Below are positions 37,711 to 50,700 of a DNA stretch of 64,000 nucleotides, in pieces. A model generated the notes under the pieces. That model had not been told where the DNA came from, did no database searches, and saw nothing but the letters and a program-made list of their open reading frames with translations. The position numbers and the translations under genes were made by a program. The stretch's first letter is position 1; each line of letters starts with the position of its first letter. Source of the DNA: Phaeosaccion multiseriatum (taxonomy: Eukaryota; Protista; Ochrophyta, other classes); the NCBI GenBank assembly GCA_965112735.1, contig OZ218960.1, positions 2,542,001 to 2,606,000 of the forward strand, given 5' to 3'.

Positions 37711-38712
37711 TACACACATACGCACACACACACACTTTCAGTTCTAAGGGGATTCCTCCTAATATCAACACTCTCTGACGCGGAGAGAGGAAGAGGGCAG
37801 AGGGGAGTGAGCTTCCATGAGGATGAGTGTGCAAGCTCAGACATGGTGCGTCACATGCACAATAAGTCAGGAAAGGCGGCTCGCTTGATATTGCTGCTCG
37901 AGGCGAGGTGGGCGCCACCCATCCCGTATGTACGGGGCCAGTGTAGCAGGTGTGGTGGTACAGGCTCATGCTCCACAGGCCACACCAGTGCTAAGTGCAG
38001 GCCTCGCTGTACATGTAGGTGCTCATGTGGAGTAGTGAGTTTCGTTTCATTTCCTCTCGTTCTCCCCTTCTTCCTTCTGTCGTCCTGCCTCTGAGGACAT
38101 ATTCTCTGCTGTGCCTCCAGCGACTCCAGCAGCGGTCTTGTTAGAAGTCGTAACTTCGCTGAAGTGATGCCTCCCAGTCTGATTTCAGAGGCCGTGCAGC
38201 GGGGCCCTTCTACCCTAATCCAGAGCAAATGCTAGCAGCAGCTCGTCAGCACGACCGACCAACGTGTGTGTGCTTGTCGGGCAGGGCAAGAGGAGCAGAT
38301 GCGCCAGAGGGTCCTTATGACACAAGGCCTCTTCTCAGACAGCGTTGCAAGTCTCCCACCTACTGAGGAGGATGAATTCAACCCTCTCGGCTGGCTGCGG
38401 GGGTCGCGACCTTCTCCCTCTGTGTCCGTCGCTCGCATTCAAGTCGGCCGGTTTGTCCTCTTGTCTCGCTGCTGCTGGGCTCGCTCCCTCTATCTTCCAC
38501 CCGTGCTGCTCGATTCTACCATTGCAACTCTCGTCGATCTTCCACGTGTTCGTTCGGAGCTCCCGAGTCCTGCTACTGTCAGAGCTCCGCAGCGACACAA
38601 AGGAAAAGGCGCGGTCCCACTGCCAAGCCTCCCCCCTCCGTGCCGTGAACGACGAGATGCTGCAGATGTCCAGTCTCGGCGCGTGTTCACCCTCTGCACT
38701 CCGTAGGCTTAG

Positions 38713-40471
38713 CTAGGTGTTTGCTGCCGGAGAGGTGAAATCTTGAACGCTGGGCGGGGCCAGTGATGAAAGAAGCAAGCACGCCTCCCTCACTCCATCT
38801 CCGTCACTAACCGTCCCAGCCTCGAGCTTGGCCTCCTCGATGTGAGACAGCGCCTCCTGATACTGCGGGGTGGTCTTGAACTTGGCGAGGAAGTTAGTGT
38901 CGAGCAGTGAGTACACCTCCCTCACAGCCGGCTCGAACACGTGCTTCCTGTCTTCCATCTGCGGAGTATGTGCATGCGGGTTGTCAGAGGAATGTGGGGC
39001 CCATGCTCGTGCCTGAATGCCTGGCTTGCGGGCTTCTCTCCCCTCCTCCTCCCTCCACTTACCTTGTCGCTGCTGCAGAAGACGGCTGTATCCATGAGCC
39101 GCGACGTCGTGGCACGTATCTTTGAGTTGATGTTCACCTCCATGTCGGAGTACTGCTGAATGTACTTACGGCAGATGCCAACGTAAATGGAATGAATGCT
39201 CTCCATGCTCGGCTTCTCTGCAGCTCCCTGTTCCGGCTCCGGCTGCTGCTGCTGCTGCTCCTGCAGGGCGGTGCCTCCTCCTTCTCCAGCGACAAGCGCC
39301 GCATCGTACTGCTCCACTGCCCGGAGGAAATCGAGACTCTCGACGCAGATCGCCCGTCGAAGGAAGTCCTCAAACGGCGCCGCCATTGCAGGGGTCGCCA
39401 GGATGTCTTTGGTGCGGCCAAAGGCGCTTCCATCACGAATGGAGGTGGACGTTACTGTAGTGGGATAAACTTGAAGTGTGCGCATCTCCTTCGATCGGCG
39501 ACGGCGTTGTGCGTCCAGCATATGTGCTCGAATATTCGGGTCCTTGATCCAGCGCAAATCCCCGTACCAAAACAAGCTCACGATGGGACTCACGACGCAA
39601 AAGGCCGTGAAGATGAGATTCGTGGTGGTCGACGTACGTATCGAAGGATAGAAGCCCGACAGGATGTGGACCACGTAGTAGGTACCGGTACTAGTACCTA
39701 CCATGGTGGCCTGAACAAGGAGTTCCTGCCCGACGAGCAGGTCGTCGTTGGAGTTGTAGACTGCCTTGGCCCACGCCAACATCGAAACAACGAAAGACAT
39801 GGAAAACCCCATGTGGAGTAACCAAGGCTGAAACAAGTAGCACAGGGCATCGGGGCCATCGTTGACGATCATAATCCTCAAAATAACCAAGGGAATGCAG
39901 ATCACAGTTGTGGTAAAAATGGTAAAAAAGATCACTATCTTCCATGCCCACAGCGGGTTGATGATGTGGTGGTATTTCTCCCGGGTCTCCGAACCGCCCG
40001 TTGCAATAACCATCTTCACCCCGCGGAAGACCCATGGCAGGCCTGAGCGAGTACAAAGAAGATGAGGCGGGATGCAGGGCTGAGATGCCTGCAACGTTTT
40101 CATGCGGATTAGTTGCAGAGGCACCAGCCAGGGAAAAGCCATGCTTATCTCCTGCACCCGGTTAGCGCGACCCCCCCCCTCCCTTGGAGTCACGGCCGAG
40201 ACTTACCTACTGCGGGGAAGCCGTTCCAGCTAGCGAACAAGAGGAAGGCACAGGGGAACGATGCCTTCTCGAGTTGCCGCACTTCGACAAGGAACGTGAG
40301 TCCTCCGGTGGCGGCAAGGTATAGGCTGTGGCACAACAGCAGGCCTGGAAATCTCGCCCGGATAACCGGAACGTTTCGGGATCTCCATAACCACCAGGCC
40401 TTATGAAGCACCACCAACAGGTAAATCGCAAAGCCTAGAATGATGGCAAGTGATCCTGGCGCCACGAGCAT
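38713..40471 (-). CDS. 7TM-RGS protein copy 4 (most divergent). Exons 40471-40207, 40042-39063, 38958-38713
   Basis: Same structure and phases; 7 hydrophobic segments and an RGS domain. Confidence 0.87.
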
Positions 40472-41244
40472 CGTCGTGACAATGCTGTCCGTCCTTCCTC
40501 CTCGGTCGGAGAGCGGAACGGCAAACCCGTCCGCTGGAACGCTGTCTTTCTACTTCCTCTATGCGGAGAATGCCCCCCCCCTTTACTGCTTGCTGTACAT
40601 ACAACTATTTTTTTCCCTATAATTGGCGTTACACTGCCTTCGGATTCGTGGAGGTCCCCATACAAAAGTGTCGCCATCTGTGGGAAAGCCGTTGCGCGGG
40701 AGAGTAGTGCTAGAATATACCATGAGGAAGAGCACGAAACCTCAGACATGCGTCAGATGCAGTGAATAGAGGGAAGGGGCTTGCTTGGCAACGAGCGAAA
40801 ATGCCGCTATTGTCAAAAACCGAGGTGTTGCGGCTTCTCTGGCTTGAGCGGAGGAGGCGGCAGCAGCAACACGAGAGGCAGGACCAGCAGGACCAGCTGC
40901 GAGAGTATGGGAGGGGGAGACCGATGGAGGAGAGAGTGGCGAGCGGAAGGAGTGCAACGCCAGTGGCAGAGGTTGATTTGGAAGCTGCGTGGCAGGGGAG
41001 GACATCACTTTCACCAGTATCATCGCCTCCACCACCATCCTCATCGTCCACATGCCATGGCTCGCCCTCTATCTCACCACTACATCCGAGGGCGCGGCGA
41101 AGGCGAAGGGCTTGGGATAGTGGTGATGACGGCGGCACAGACTCAGCAGCAGCAGCAGCAGCGGCGGCGGTGGCGGCGGCGGCGCCGGTGGCAACAGTAG
41201 CTGCAGGACGACCGGCCGCACGACAGCGGACATCAGGAGCTGCT

Positions 41245-41471
41245 ATGCGCGGCAGTAGGATATTTTCCCTACTCTCTTTCTGGCACGCGACGCAGGCAAT
41301 GATGCTGCTGCTGGTGCTGCTGCTTCCACCACTGTTGGTGCAAGCAGCGTGTCCCAACCTGTGCAGCGGGCATGGGGAGTGCGGGAATAACAATGTGTGC
41401 AGCTGCTTCGATGGCTGGACCTACTCGCCAGACTGCTCCCAGCGTAAGTCACAGCACCGCTTACTCTACTT

Positions 41472-41503
<32 letters not shown>

Positions 41504-44500
41504 TCTCTCTCTCTCTCTCTCTCTGTCTGTCTGTCCCTCACTGTTCCCCCCTTCCCCCCCCCCCCCCCCTCCCTTTCCCCTCTTCTTCCAACCCCCTTGC
41601 CTTCCCCGCCCCATCCTCTCGTTACTGCTGTTTGCCCCCCTTCCCCTCTTTCCCCTCTTTCCCCCTGGGTCCCCAACAACTTCTTCAAAACCATTGGGGT
41701 CGGAAAATAATTAAACCACCCAGGGGACTGCCCAGAGGGACCGGCCTGGGCAGACAAGGCATACGCAGTTGACACCGCACACTCGAGTGTAGAGTGCTCC
41801 AACGCGGGTACTTGCAACAGAGCTACGGGCAGATGTCAGTGCTTCCCTCCGTTCGCTGGCGCCGCCTGCCAGAGAGGTACGGCGCCACCCGAGAGTGAGG
41901 GCGGGACGGGGGGGGGAAGGAGGGACGGAGGGGAAGGGAGGCTTCCACTGAGATGATCGAATCTAGCATTAGAGGGGGGTAGGGGTTAGGGGTGGGGGGA
42001 GAGAGGGGGAGAGATGGAGGCGTGGTGTGTGCAAAGCGTTGAAAGGAGGTCCCTGGGTTGCTTGTGGGATGAATGTCGCTTCTCGGGGACTCTCCACGTC
42101 AACAATATCTCTCCTCTTGGTTATGAGTGAGTGAGTCAGTGAGTGAGTGAGTGAGTGAGTGAGTGAGTGAGTGAGTGAGTGAGTGAGTGAGTGAGTGGGT
42201 TTGTGCTCTTGTCCTCCAAGACATATAAGACTGTATGTTTCCCTCTCCCTCAGCTTACAAATCACACCCCTCTCTTCCTCTCTTTCTTTCAGTATCTCCC
42301 TCTCCCTCTCGCTCTCCATCTCCCCCCCCCCCCCTCTCTCTCTCTCTCTCTTTCGCCCTCCCCCTCTCCCCCCATCCCCCTCACCTCACCCTCCTCCTTG
42401 GCCCCTCCCCTCCTCCTTTGTTCCACAGTGGAGTGTCCGTCAGACTGTAGCGACAGCGGTGTGTGCATGACTATCTCGGACGTGGCTCGTTTCTACGGCC
42501 CGGACTATGCTACAGATGGCGGCACCGGCGGTGATGGGCTAGGCCCCACGTATTCCAACTGGGATGCCGATGCCACCACTATGTGTGTGTGTGACAACCG
42601 ACGATTTGGGCCCGATTGCAGCTCGAGAATGTGCCCCAAAGGAGATGACCCAATTACTATCAATCAGAACGACAGGGCTGTTCTCGTCAGCGTGTCTTCG
42701 GTGAGTGAGTGACTGTGAGTGAGTGAGTGAGGGAGGGAGGGAGGGAGTGAGTGACTGACTGACTGAGTGAATGAGGGTGTGAGTGAGTGAATCAGCTCAG
42801 TGAGTGAGTGAGTGAGTGAGTGAGTGAGTGAGTGAATCAGCTCAGTGAGGGAGTGAGTGAGTGAGTGAGTGAGTGGGTGAGTGAGTGAGTGAGTGAGTGA
42901 GTGAGTGAGTGAGTAAGTGAGGGACTTTGAGTGAGTGGGTGAGTGAGTGAGACGCTGGGGGGTTGACCATGGCAGTGGGTGGGCCGAAGGGTGGGTGGGG
43001 GAGGATGGCCTTTCTCTTGGAGTCAGAGCGCGAGCTTCAGACTGGCAAGGGAAGTCACCTCCTCTCCTCACGGCAGTCTCTTCTGCTCGAACTAGGCGCC
43101 CTCGTACTCATCCACCACCTCCCCCTCCAACTCTACCCACCTTGCGTTTCGTTTTCATCGTCCAGCCCGATGGGACCGGCGTGAATGGCACACTGGGCGT
43201 CAGTTTCAACGGTTACATCGCCGAGTTTGACGCAGGTAGGAGGAACAGGGACGACAGTACCGAGCATGGGGAGGGAAGGGGGTTGATTTTGCACCTGCTT
43301 ACTTCACTTTCCATTTGATTGAGCATTGAATTGGCTCACAGCAGAACGACGTTGGCCCTCCTTCCTCTCTCCTTCTCCTCTTTCTCCCCGTCCTCCCCGT
43401 CCTCCTCCTCCTCCCTCGACGTCCCTCCCCCTTGCTTCCCTCTATAGATACCTTCGGAGTCAGCTTCAGCGACAGCAACTGCGACAGCAGCTGGAAGAAC
43501 TTACGTAATGTAGAGGACGTTGCCTGTAACGTGACTGACATTACTGGAGGAGTGAGTATGAACGTTTCATTCACCAAGTTCCCGACGTACCCGGCCGAGA
43601 ACAACATTTTCTTCCACACAGGGAACCCAGACCTAAGCGCCTTTACGTGTGACATAAGTCAATTGGAGGCGGTTGGGGGCTCGCAGGTGGAGTGTAACAT
43701 TACGGACCTCGTCAACACGAATGTCAAGGGTGAGAGGGGAAGGGGGTGATGGAGGAAGGGAAGGAGGAGGGGAGGGGAGGGGAGGGAGGACGGGAGGAAG
43801 GAAGAGAGGGAGGGAGGGAGAGAGGGAGGGAGGGAGAGAGGGAGGGAGGGGGGCTTACCTGCCGGCCTGCCCCCCTCATCGCATCCTCTCCCAAGGCTTG
43901 TTTCGCTGAACACACCTCCTGTTCCTGTTCTGCTGTTCTACGACTTGCTGTACCAATTCTTCTCTGTGTCCTCTGCCAGAGTATGAGTTTTGCTCGCGCC
44001 GTGGACTGTGCAACTTCGGTACAGGCATTTGCTCCTGCTTCGACGGTTACGCAGGTGCGAACTGTTGCCGGAGGCGGAGGAGGGAGGAGGGGGGGGGAGG
44101 AGGGAGGAGGAGGAGGAGGAGGAGGACGGAGGGGGAGGAGGAGGAGGAGGAGGAGGAGGAGGAGGAGCAGGAGGAGGAGGAGAAGGAGGAGGAGGAGGAG
44201 GAGGAGGAGGAGGAGGAGGAGGAGGAGGAGGGAGGAGGGAGGAGGACGGAGGGGGAGGAGGAGGAGGAGCAGGAGGAGGAGCAGGAGGGAGGAGGGAGGA
44301 GGACGGAGGAGGAGGAGGAGGAGCAGGAGGAGGAGGAGGAGGAGGAGGAGGAGGACGGAGGGGGAGGAGGAGGAGCAGGAGCAGCAGCAGGAGGAGGAGG
44401 AGGAGGAGGAGGAGGAGGACAGGGGGAGATCATACCTATGTCAAGAGCAGATGCGAAACTTGGGGTGGGAGGGAGGGAGAGTTGGGTTGAGTGAGGGTAG

Positions 44501-44675
44501 TCACATGAGGCGGCCGAGCTAAGCGGATGTCTTCACGACTCCGTGCCAAGTTCTGCCCTCTGCTTGGTCTCTCTTCGCCTCCAGCGCTGCCCCTCACTCC
44601 CTCTTTACGCGCCCTTCTCCCCCTCTCGCCTCACTTCTCTCCCCACTCGCCCGCCGATCTCTTCTTTTCGCTCTG

Positions 44676-44714
<39 letters not shown>

Positions 44715-47700
44715 GTGTGTGTGTGTGTGCGTGTTCGCTTCCGTATGGTCCCCCTCAGGGTCTGCATGCGAGGAGGAGTCGTACTCGTACTCCGCAGCCA
44801 ACTCGTTACCCGGCATCAGTCTCACAGCCAAGGGCAATGACTACACTGGGAACTTGATGGAAGTCATAACCGTCAAAGAGGTGTGTTTTGAGTGCGTGCG
44901 TGTGTGCGTGCGTGCGTGTGTGCGTGTGTGCGTGTGTGCGTGTGTGCGTGCGTGCGTGTGTGCGTGCGTGCGTGTGTGCGTGCGTGCGTGTGTGCGTGCG
45001 TGTGTGCGTGCAGGCTTGGGGGGGCGTTGAGAGGGAGGGAAGAATGTCTTTTCTTTGTGCTCCTTGCTTTGGGCGGACGGATGGACAGGAGAGAGCAAGG
45101 CAGAACCAAGGCGGAGGGGCGAGGTCAACAAGGAGGGGGCAATGGTGCTGAGGTGGTGCTCATCGTCTTTCGCCGTCCGCTGCCATCCGAAACTTACTAC
45201 CGCTGCGCGTACGAGCCATACCAATGTGTGGCTTAGCACCGCAACAAGACCCACACGCTTTGCACTGACCCCTTCCACCCTCCCCCGCCCCCCCGCTTTT
45301 CTCTCTCTCTTTCTGTCCGACGTTTGGCATCGCCTCTGTGCACCACCAGGGTGCGAGTGATTTCAACTTTTTAGAGTGTGTCGCCAGCGATGCCATCAAA
45401 TTCTCCATCCGGGGAGATGGCAACATTCAAGTGGCAGAGCTGGTGGTGACGGAGGGTGGAGCGACGATTGAGTACGGGGGCTTGATCATTGAAGATGGAG
45501 GTCTGACCATCGAGGACGATGGTGCCACCATCTCTCGTTCGGCCGCCCTTTACGACGTACTCGAACTCACTTCCACAAGTGAGTGAGAATGGCAGGGGAG
45601 GGGAGGGGTGGAGGGGGGGGAGGGTAGAGGAGGAGGAGGAGGAGGAGGAGGAGGAGGAGGAGGAGAAGGAGGAGGAGGAGGAGGAGGAGGAGGAGGAGGA
45701 GGAGGAGGAGGAGGAGGAGGAGGAGGAGGAGGAGGAGGAGGAGGAGGAGGAGGAGGAGGAGGAGGAGGAGGAGGAGGAGGAGGAGGAGGAGGAGGAGGAG
45801 GAGGAGGAGGAGGAGGAGGAGGAGGAGGAGGAGGAGGAGGAGGAGGAGGAGGAGGAGGAGGAGGAGGAGGAGGATGAGGAAGAGGAGGAGGAGCAGACGG
45901 AGGAGAGGGTGGAGCAGACGACCCATTCTTACCCATCCACCCACAAAGCGAAGAGAAGGGAGGGTCCCATCGATCTTGGGATGCTCGCTGATGTCGTACT
46001 TGCCTTTCCTACACTTTGCCTCTCGCTCTCCTCCCCTCGTAACCTCTGACCGGGCCCATGTCCCCATCCTGCCATGCACCACAAATGACAAACACACAAA
46101 CACAAACACACAACCAACGCAGGTGACACCTTCTCTGGCAATGTCCTCTCCATCGCCGCTACTCGCGACTCCTCCACCGTCTTTAACCTCATCGAGGCAA
46201 GCACCGGAGCCCCTTCCACATCACTCTTCAGCGTACGGGGTGATGGGCTGACCACCATTGCTGCAGGTGGCCTCATCGTGACCGAGGGAGGAGAGACTAT
46301 TACTACTGATGGGCTGACCATCACTGAGGGAGGACAAACAATCGTCGACGGAGGCCTCGTCATCTCGCTGCAAGGAGAGACCATTACATCGGGTGACCTC
46401 GTCTTGGACGCGGGCTCAATTACCGCTGGCTCAGGTACAGAAGGGGGGAGGGGGAGGTGCAATGATGATGATGATCACACCTGCCTACCTACCCGACCGA
46501 CCTAGCACCCAATCCCCCACTCCCTCCCCGCCCACCCCGCGCTCCTGTAAGCGAAAAGGGATGTCATAGGATTTCATCGATGCTTGTCCTTTTCAGTTCT
46601 CCCTTCTCTTACTCGTTCATCAGTACGCACCTGCCCAATTACGACCCCCACCCTGCCCCGCCCTGCCTCACCCCACCCCACCCTGAAACTCTTACCACTT
46701 TGCCCCTCCCTACACCACAACAGGCACGCTCTATATTGATGGGATAACCAGTACCGACTTTGTGGAAATCACCGCCAACGGCTTCGACGTCCGCGGAGGA
46801 GCCACCATCACCTCTGGAGGGCTGTACATTACCGCGGCTGGACAAACCATCGAAGCAGGCTCGCTCGTGCTTGACGTTGGTGACGTTATCTTAACGGAAG
46901 GCTCCATCACCGCGAGCGCAGGAGACCTGGTGTTGGTGGCCGGCTCCATCACCGCCACGGCAGGCAATCTCGTGATGACGGAGGGTGACATCATCATGAC
47001 GGAAGGCTCCATCACCGCGAGTGCAGGAGACTTGGTGCTTGTGGCCGGCTCCATCACCGCCACGGCAGGCAATCTCGTGATGACGGAGGGTGACATCATC
47101 ATGACGGAAGGCTCCATCACCGCGAGTGCAGGAGATTTGGTGCTTGTGGCTGGCTCCATCACCGCCACCGCGGGTAACTTGGTGATGACGGAGGGTAACA
47201 TCATCATGACGGAAGGCTCCATCACCGCCAGTGCAGGAGACTTGGTGCTTGTGGCTGGCTCCATCACCGCCACGGCAGGCAATCTCGTGATGACGGAGGG
47301 TAACATCATCATGACGGAAGGTTCCATCACCGCGAGTGCAGGAGACTTGGTGCTTGTGGCTGGCTCCATCACCGCCACGGCAGGCAATCTCGTGATGACG
47401 GAGGGTGACATCATCATGACGGAAGGCTCCATCACCGCGAGTGCAGGAGACTTGGTGCTTGTGGCCGGCTCCATCACCGCCACGGCAGGCAATCTCGTGA
47501 TGACGGAGGGTGACATCATCATGACGGAAGGCTCCATCACCGCGAGTGCAGGAGACCTGGTGCTTGTGGCCGGCTCCATCACCGCCACGGCAGGCAATCT
47601 CGTGATGACGGAGGGTGACATCATCATGACGGAAGGCTCCATCACCGCGAGTGCAGGAGACTTGGTGCTTGTGGCCGGCTCCATCACCGCCACAGCAGGC

Positions 47701-50700
47701 AATCTCGTGATGACGGAGGGTGACATCATCATGACGGAAGGCTCCATCACCGCGAGTGCAGGAGACCTGGTGCTTGTGGCCGGATCCATCACCGCCACGG
47801 CAGGCAATCTCGTGATGACGGAGGGTGACATCATCATGACGGAAGGCTCCATCACCGCGAGTGCAGGAGACTTGGTGCTTGTGGCCGGCTCCATCACCGC
47901 CACGGCAGGCAATCTCGTGATGACGGAGGGTGACATCATCATGACGGAAGGCTCCATCACCGCGAGTGCAGGAGACTTGGTGCTTGTGGCCGGGTCCATC
48001 ACCGCCACCGCTGGCAACCTGGTCATGACAGAGGGTGATGTGATTGTGACAGCTGGACACGTGTCACTGGCGGCTGGCAATGTGCTGCTGACCGAAGGGT
48101 CCATCACAGCGAGTGCAGGAGACTTGGTGCTTGTGGCCGGATCCATCACCGCCACGGCTGGCAACCTGGTCATGACGGAGGGCGATGTGATTGTGACGGC
48201 TGGAGACGTGTCGGTGACGGCTGGAGATATGTCACTGGCGGCTGGCAATGTGCTGCTGACCGAGGGGTCCATCACAGCGAGTGCAGGAGACTTGGTGCTG
48301 GTGGCCGGATCCATCACCGCCACCGCTGGTAACCTGGTCATGACGGAGGGCGATGTGATTGTGACAGCTGGAGACGTGTCGGTGACGGCTGGAGACGTGT
48401 CACTGGCGGCTGGCAATGTGCTGCTGACCGAAGGGTCCATCACAGCGAGTGCAGGAGACTTGGTGCTTGTGGCCGGATCCATCACCGCCACCGCAGGCAA
48501 CCTGGTCATGACGGAGGGCGATGTGATTGTGACAGCTGGAGACGTGTCGGTGACGGCTGGAGACGTGTCACTGGCGGCTGGCAATGTGCTGCTGACCGAA
48601 GGGTCGATCACAGCGAGTGCAGGAGACTTGGTGCTGGTGGCCGGATCCATCACCGCCACCGCTGGTAACCTGGTCATGACGGAGGGCGATGTGATTGTGA
48701 CGGCTGGAGACGTGTCGGTGACGGCTGGAGACATGTCACTGGCGGCTGGCAATGTGCTGCTGACGGAAGGGTCCATCACAGCGAGTGCGGGAGACCTAGT
48801 GCTTGTGGCTGGCTCCATCACCGCCACCGCGGGCAACCTGGTCATGACAGAGGGCGATGTGATTGTGACAGCTGGAGACGTGTCGGTGACGGCTGGAGAC
48901 GTGTCACTGGCGGCTGGCAATGTGCTGCTGACCGAAGGGTCCATCACAGCCAGTGCAGGAGACTTGGTGCTTGTGGCCGGCTCCATCACCGCCACCGCAG
49001 GCAACCTGGTCATGACGGAGGGCGATGTGATTGTGACAGCTGGAGATATGTCACTGGCGGCTGGCAATGTGCTGCTGACCGAAGGGTCGATCACAGCGAG
49101 TGCGGGAGACTTGGTGCTGGTGGCCGGCTCCATCACCGCCACCGCTGGTAACCTGGTCATGACAGAGGGCGATGTGATTGTGACAGCTGGAGACGTGTCG
49201 GTGACGGCTGGAGACGTGTCACTGGCGGCTGGCAATGTGCTGCTGACCGAAGGGTCCATCACAGCCAGTGCAGGAGACTTGGTGCTTGTGGCCGGATCCA
49301 TCACCGCCACCGCAGGCAACCTGGTCATGACGGAGGGCGATGTGATTGTGACAGCTGGAGACGTGTCGGTGACGGCTGGAGACGTGTCACTGGCGGCTGG
49401 CAATGTGCTGCTGACCGAAGGGTCGATCACAGCGAGTGCAGGAGACTTGGTGCTGGTGGCCGGATCCATCACCGCCACCGCTGGTAACCTGGTCATGACG
49501 GAGGGCGATGTGATTGTGACGGCTGGAGACGTGTCGGTGACGGCTGGAGACATGTCACTGGCGGCTGGCAATGTGCTGCTGACGGAAGGGTCCATCACAG
49601 CGAGTGCGGGAGACCTAGTGCTTGTGGCTGGCTCCATCACCGCCACCGCGGGCAACCTGGTCATGACAGAGGGCGATGTGATTGTGACAGCTGGAGACGT
49701 GTCGGTGACGGCTGGAGACGTGTCACTGGCGGCTGGCAATGTGCTGCTGACCGAGGGGTCCATCACAGCGAGTGCAGGAGACTTGGTGCTTGTGGCCGGG
49801 TCCATCACCGCCACCGCTGGTAACCTGGTCATGACGGAGGGCGATGTGATTGTGACAGCTGGAGACGTGTCGGTGACGGTTGGAGACTTGTCACTGGCGG
49901 CTGGCAATGTGCTGCTGACCGAAGGGTCCATCACCGCCAGTGCAGGAGACTTGGTGCTGGTGGCCGGGTCCATCACCGCCACCGCTGGCAACCTGGTCAT
50001 GACGGAGGGCGATGTGATTGTGACAGCTGGAGACGTGTCGGTGACGGCTGGAGATATGTCACTGGCGGCTGGCAATGTGCTGCTGACCGAAGGGTCCATC
50101 ACAGCGAGTGCAGGAGACTTGGTGCTGGTGGCCGGATCCATCACCGCCACCGCAGGCAACCTGGTCATGACGGAGGGCGATGTGACTGTGACGGCTGGAG
50201 ACGTGTCGGTGACGGCTGGAGACATGTCACTGGCGGCTGGCAATGTGCTGCTGACCGAAGGGTCCATCACCGCGAGTGCAGGAGACCTGGTGCTTGTGGC
50301 CGGGTCCATCACCGCCACCGCTGGCAACCTGGTGATGACGGAGGGCGATGTGATTGTGACAGCTGGAGACGTGTCGGTGACGGCTGGAGATATGTCACTG
50401 GCGGCTGGCAATGTGCTGCTGACCGAAGGGTCCATCACCGCGAGTGCGGGAGACTTGGTGCTTGTGGCCGGATCCATCACCGCCACCGCTGGCAACCTGG
50501 TCATGACGGAGGGCGATGTGATTGTGACGGCTGGAGACGTGTCGGTGACGGCTGGAGACATATCACTGGCGGCTGGCAATGTGCTGCTGACCGAAGGGTC
50601 CATCACAGCGAGTGCAGGAGACTTGGTGCTTGTGGCCGGGTCCATCACCGCCACCGCTGGCAACCTGGTCATGACAGAGGGCGATGTGATTGTGACAGCT

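Noticed and set aside
40780-40792. X-box-like CTTGCTTGGCAAC upstream of the putative flagellar-hair gene
   Set aside because: Imperfect single match, and RFX factors are not known from stramenopiles.
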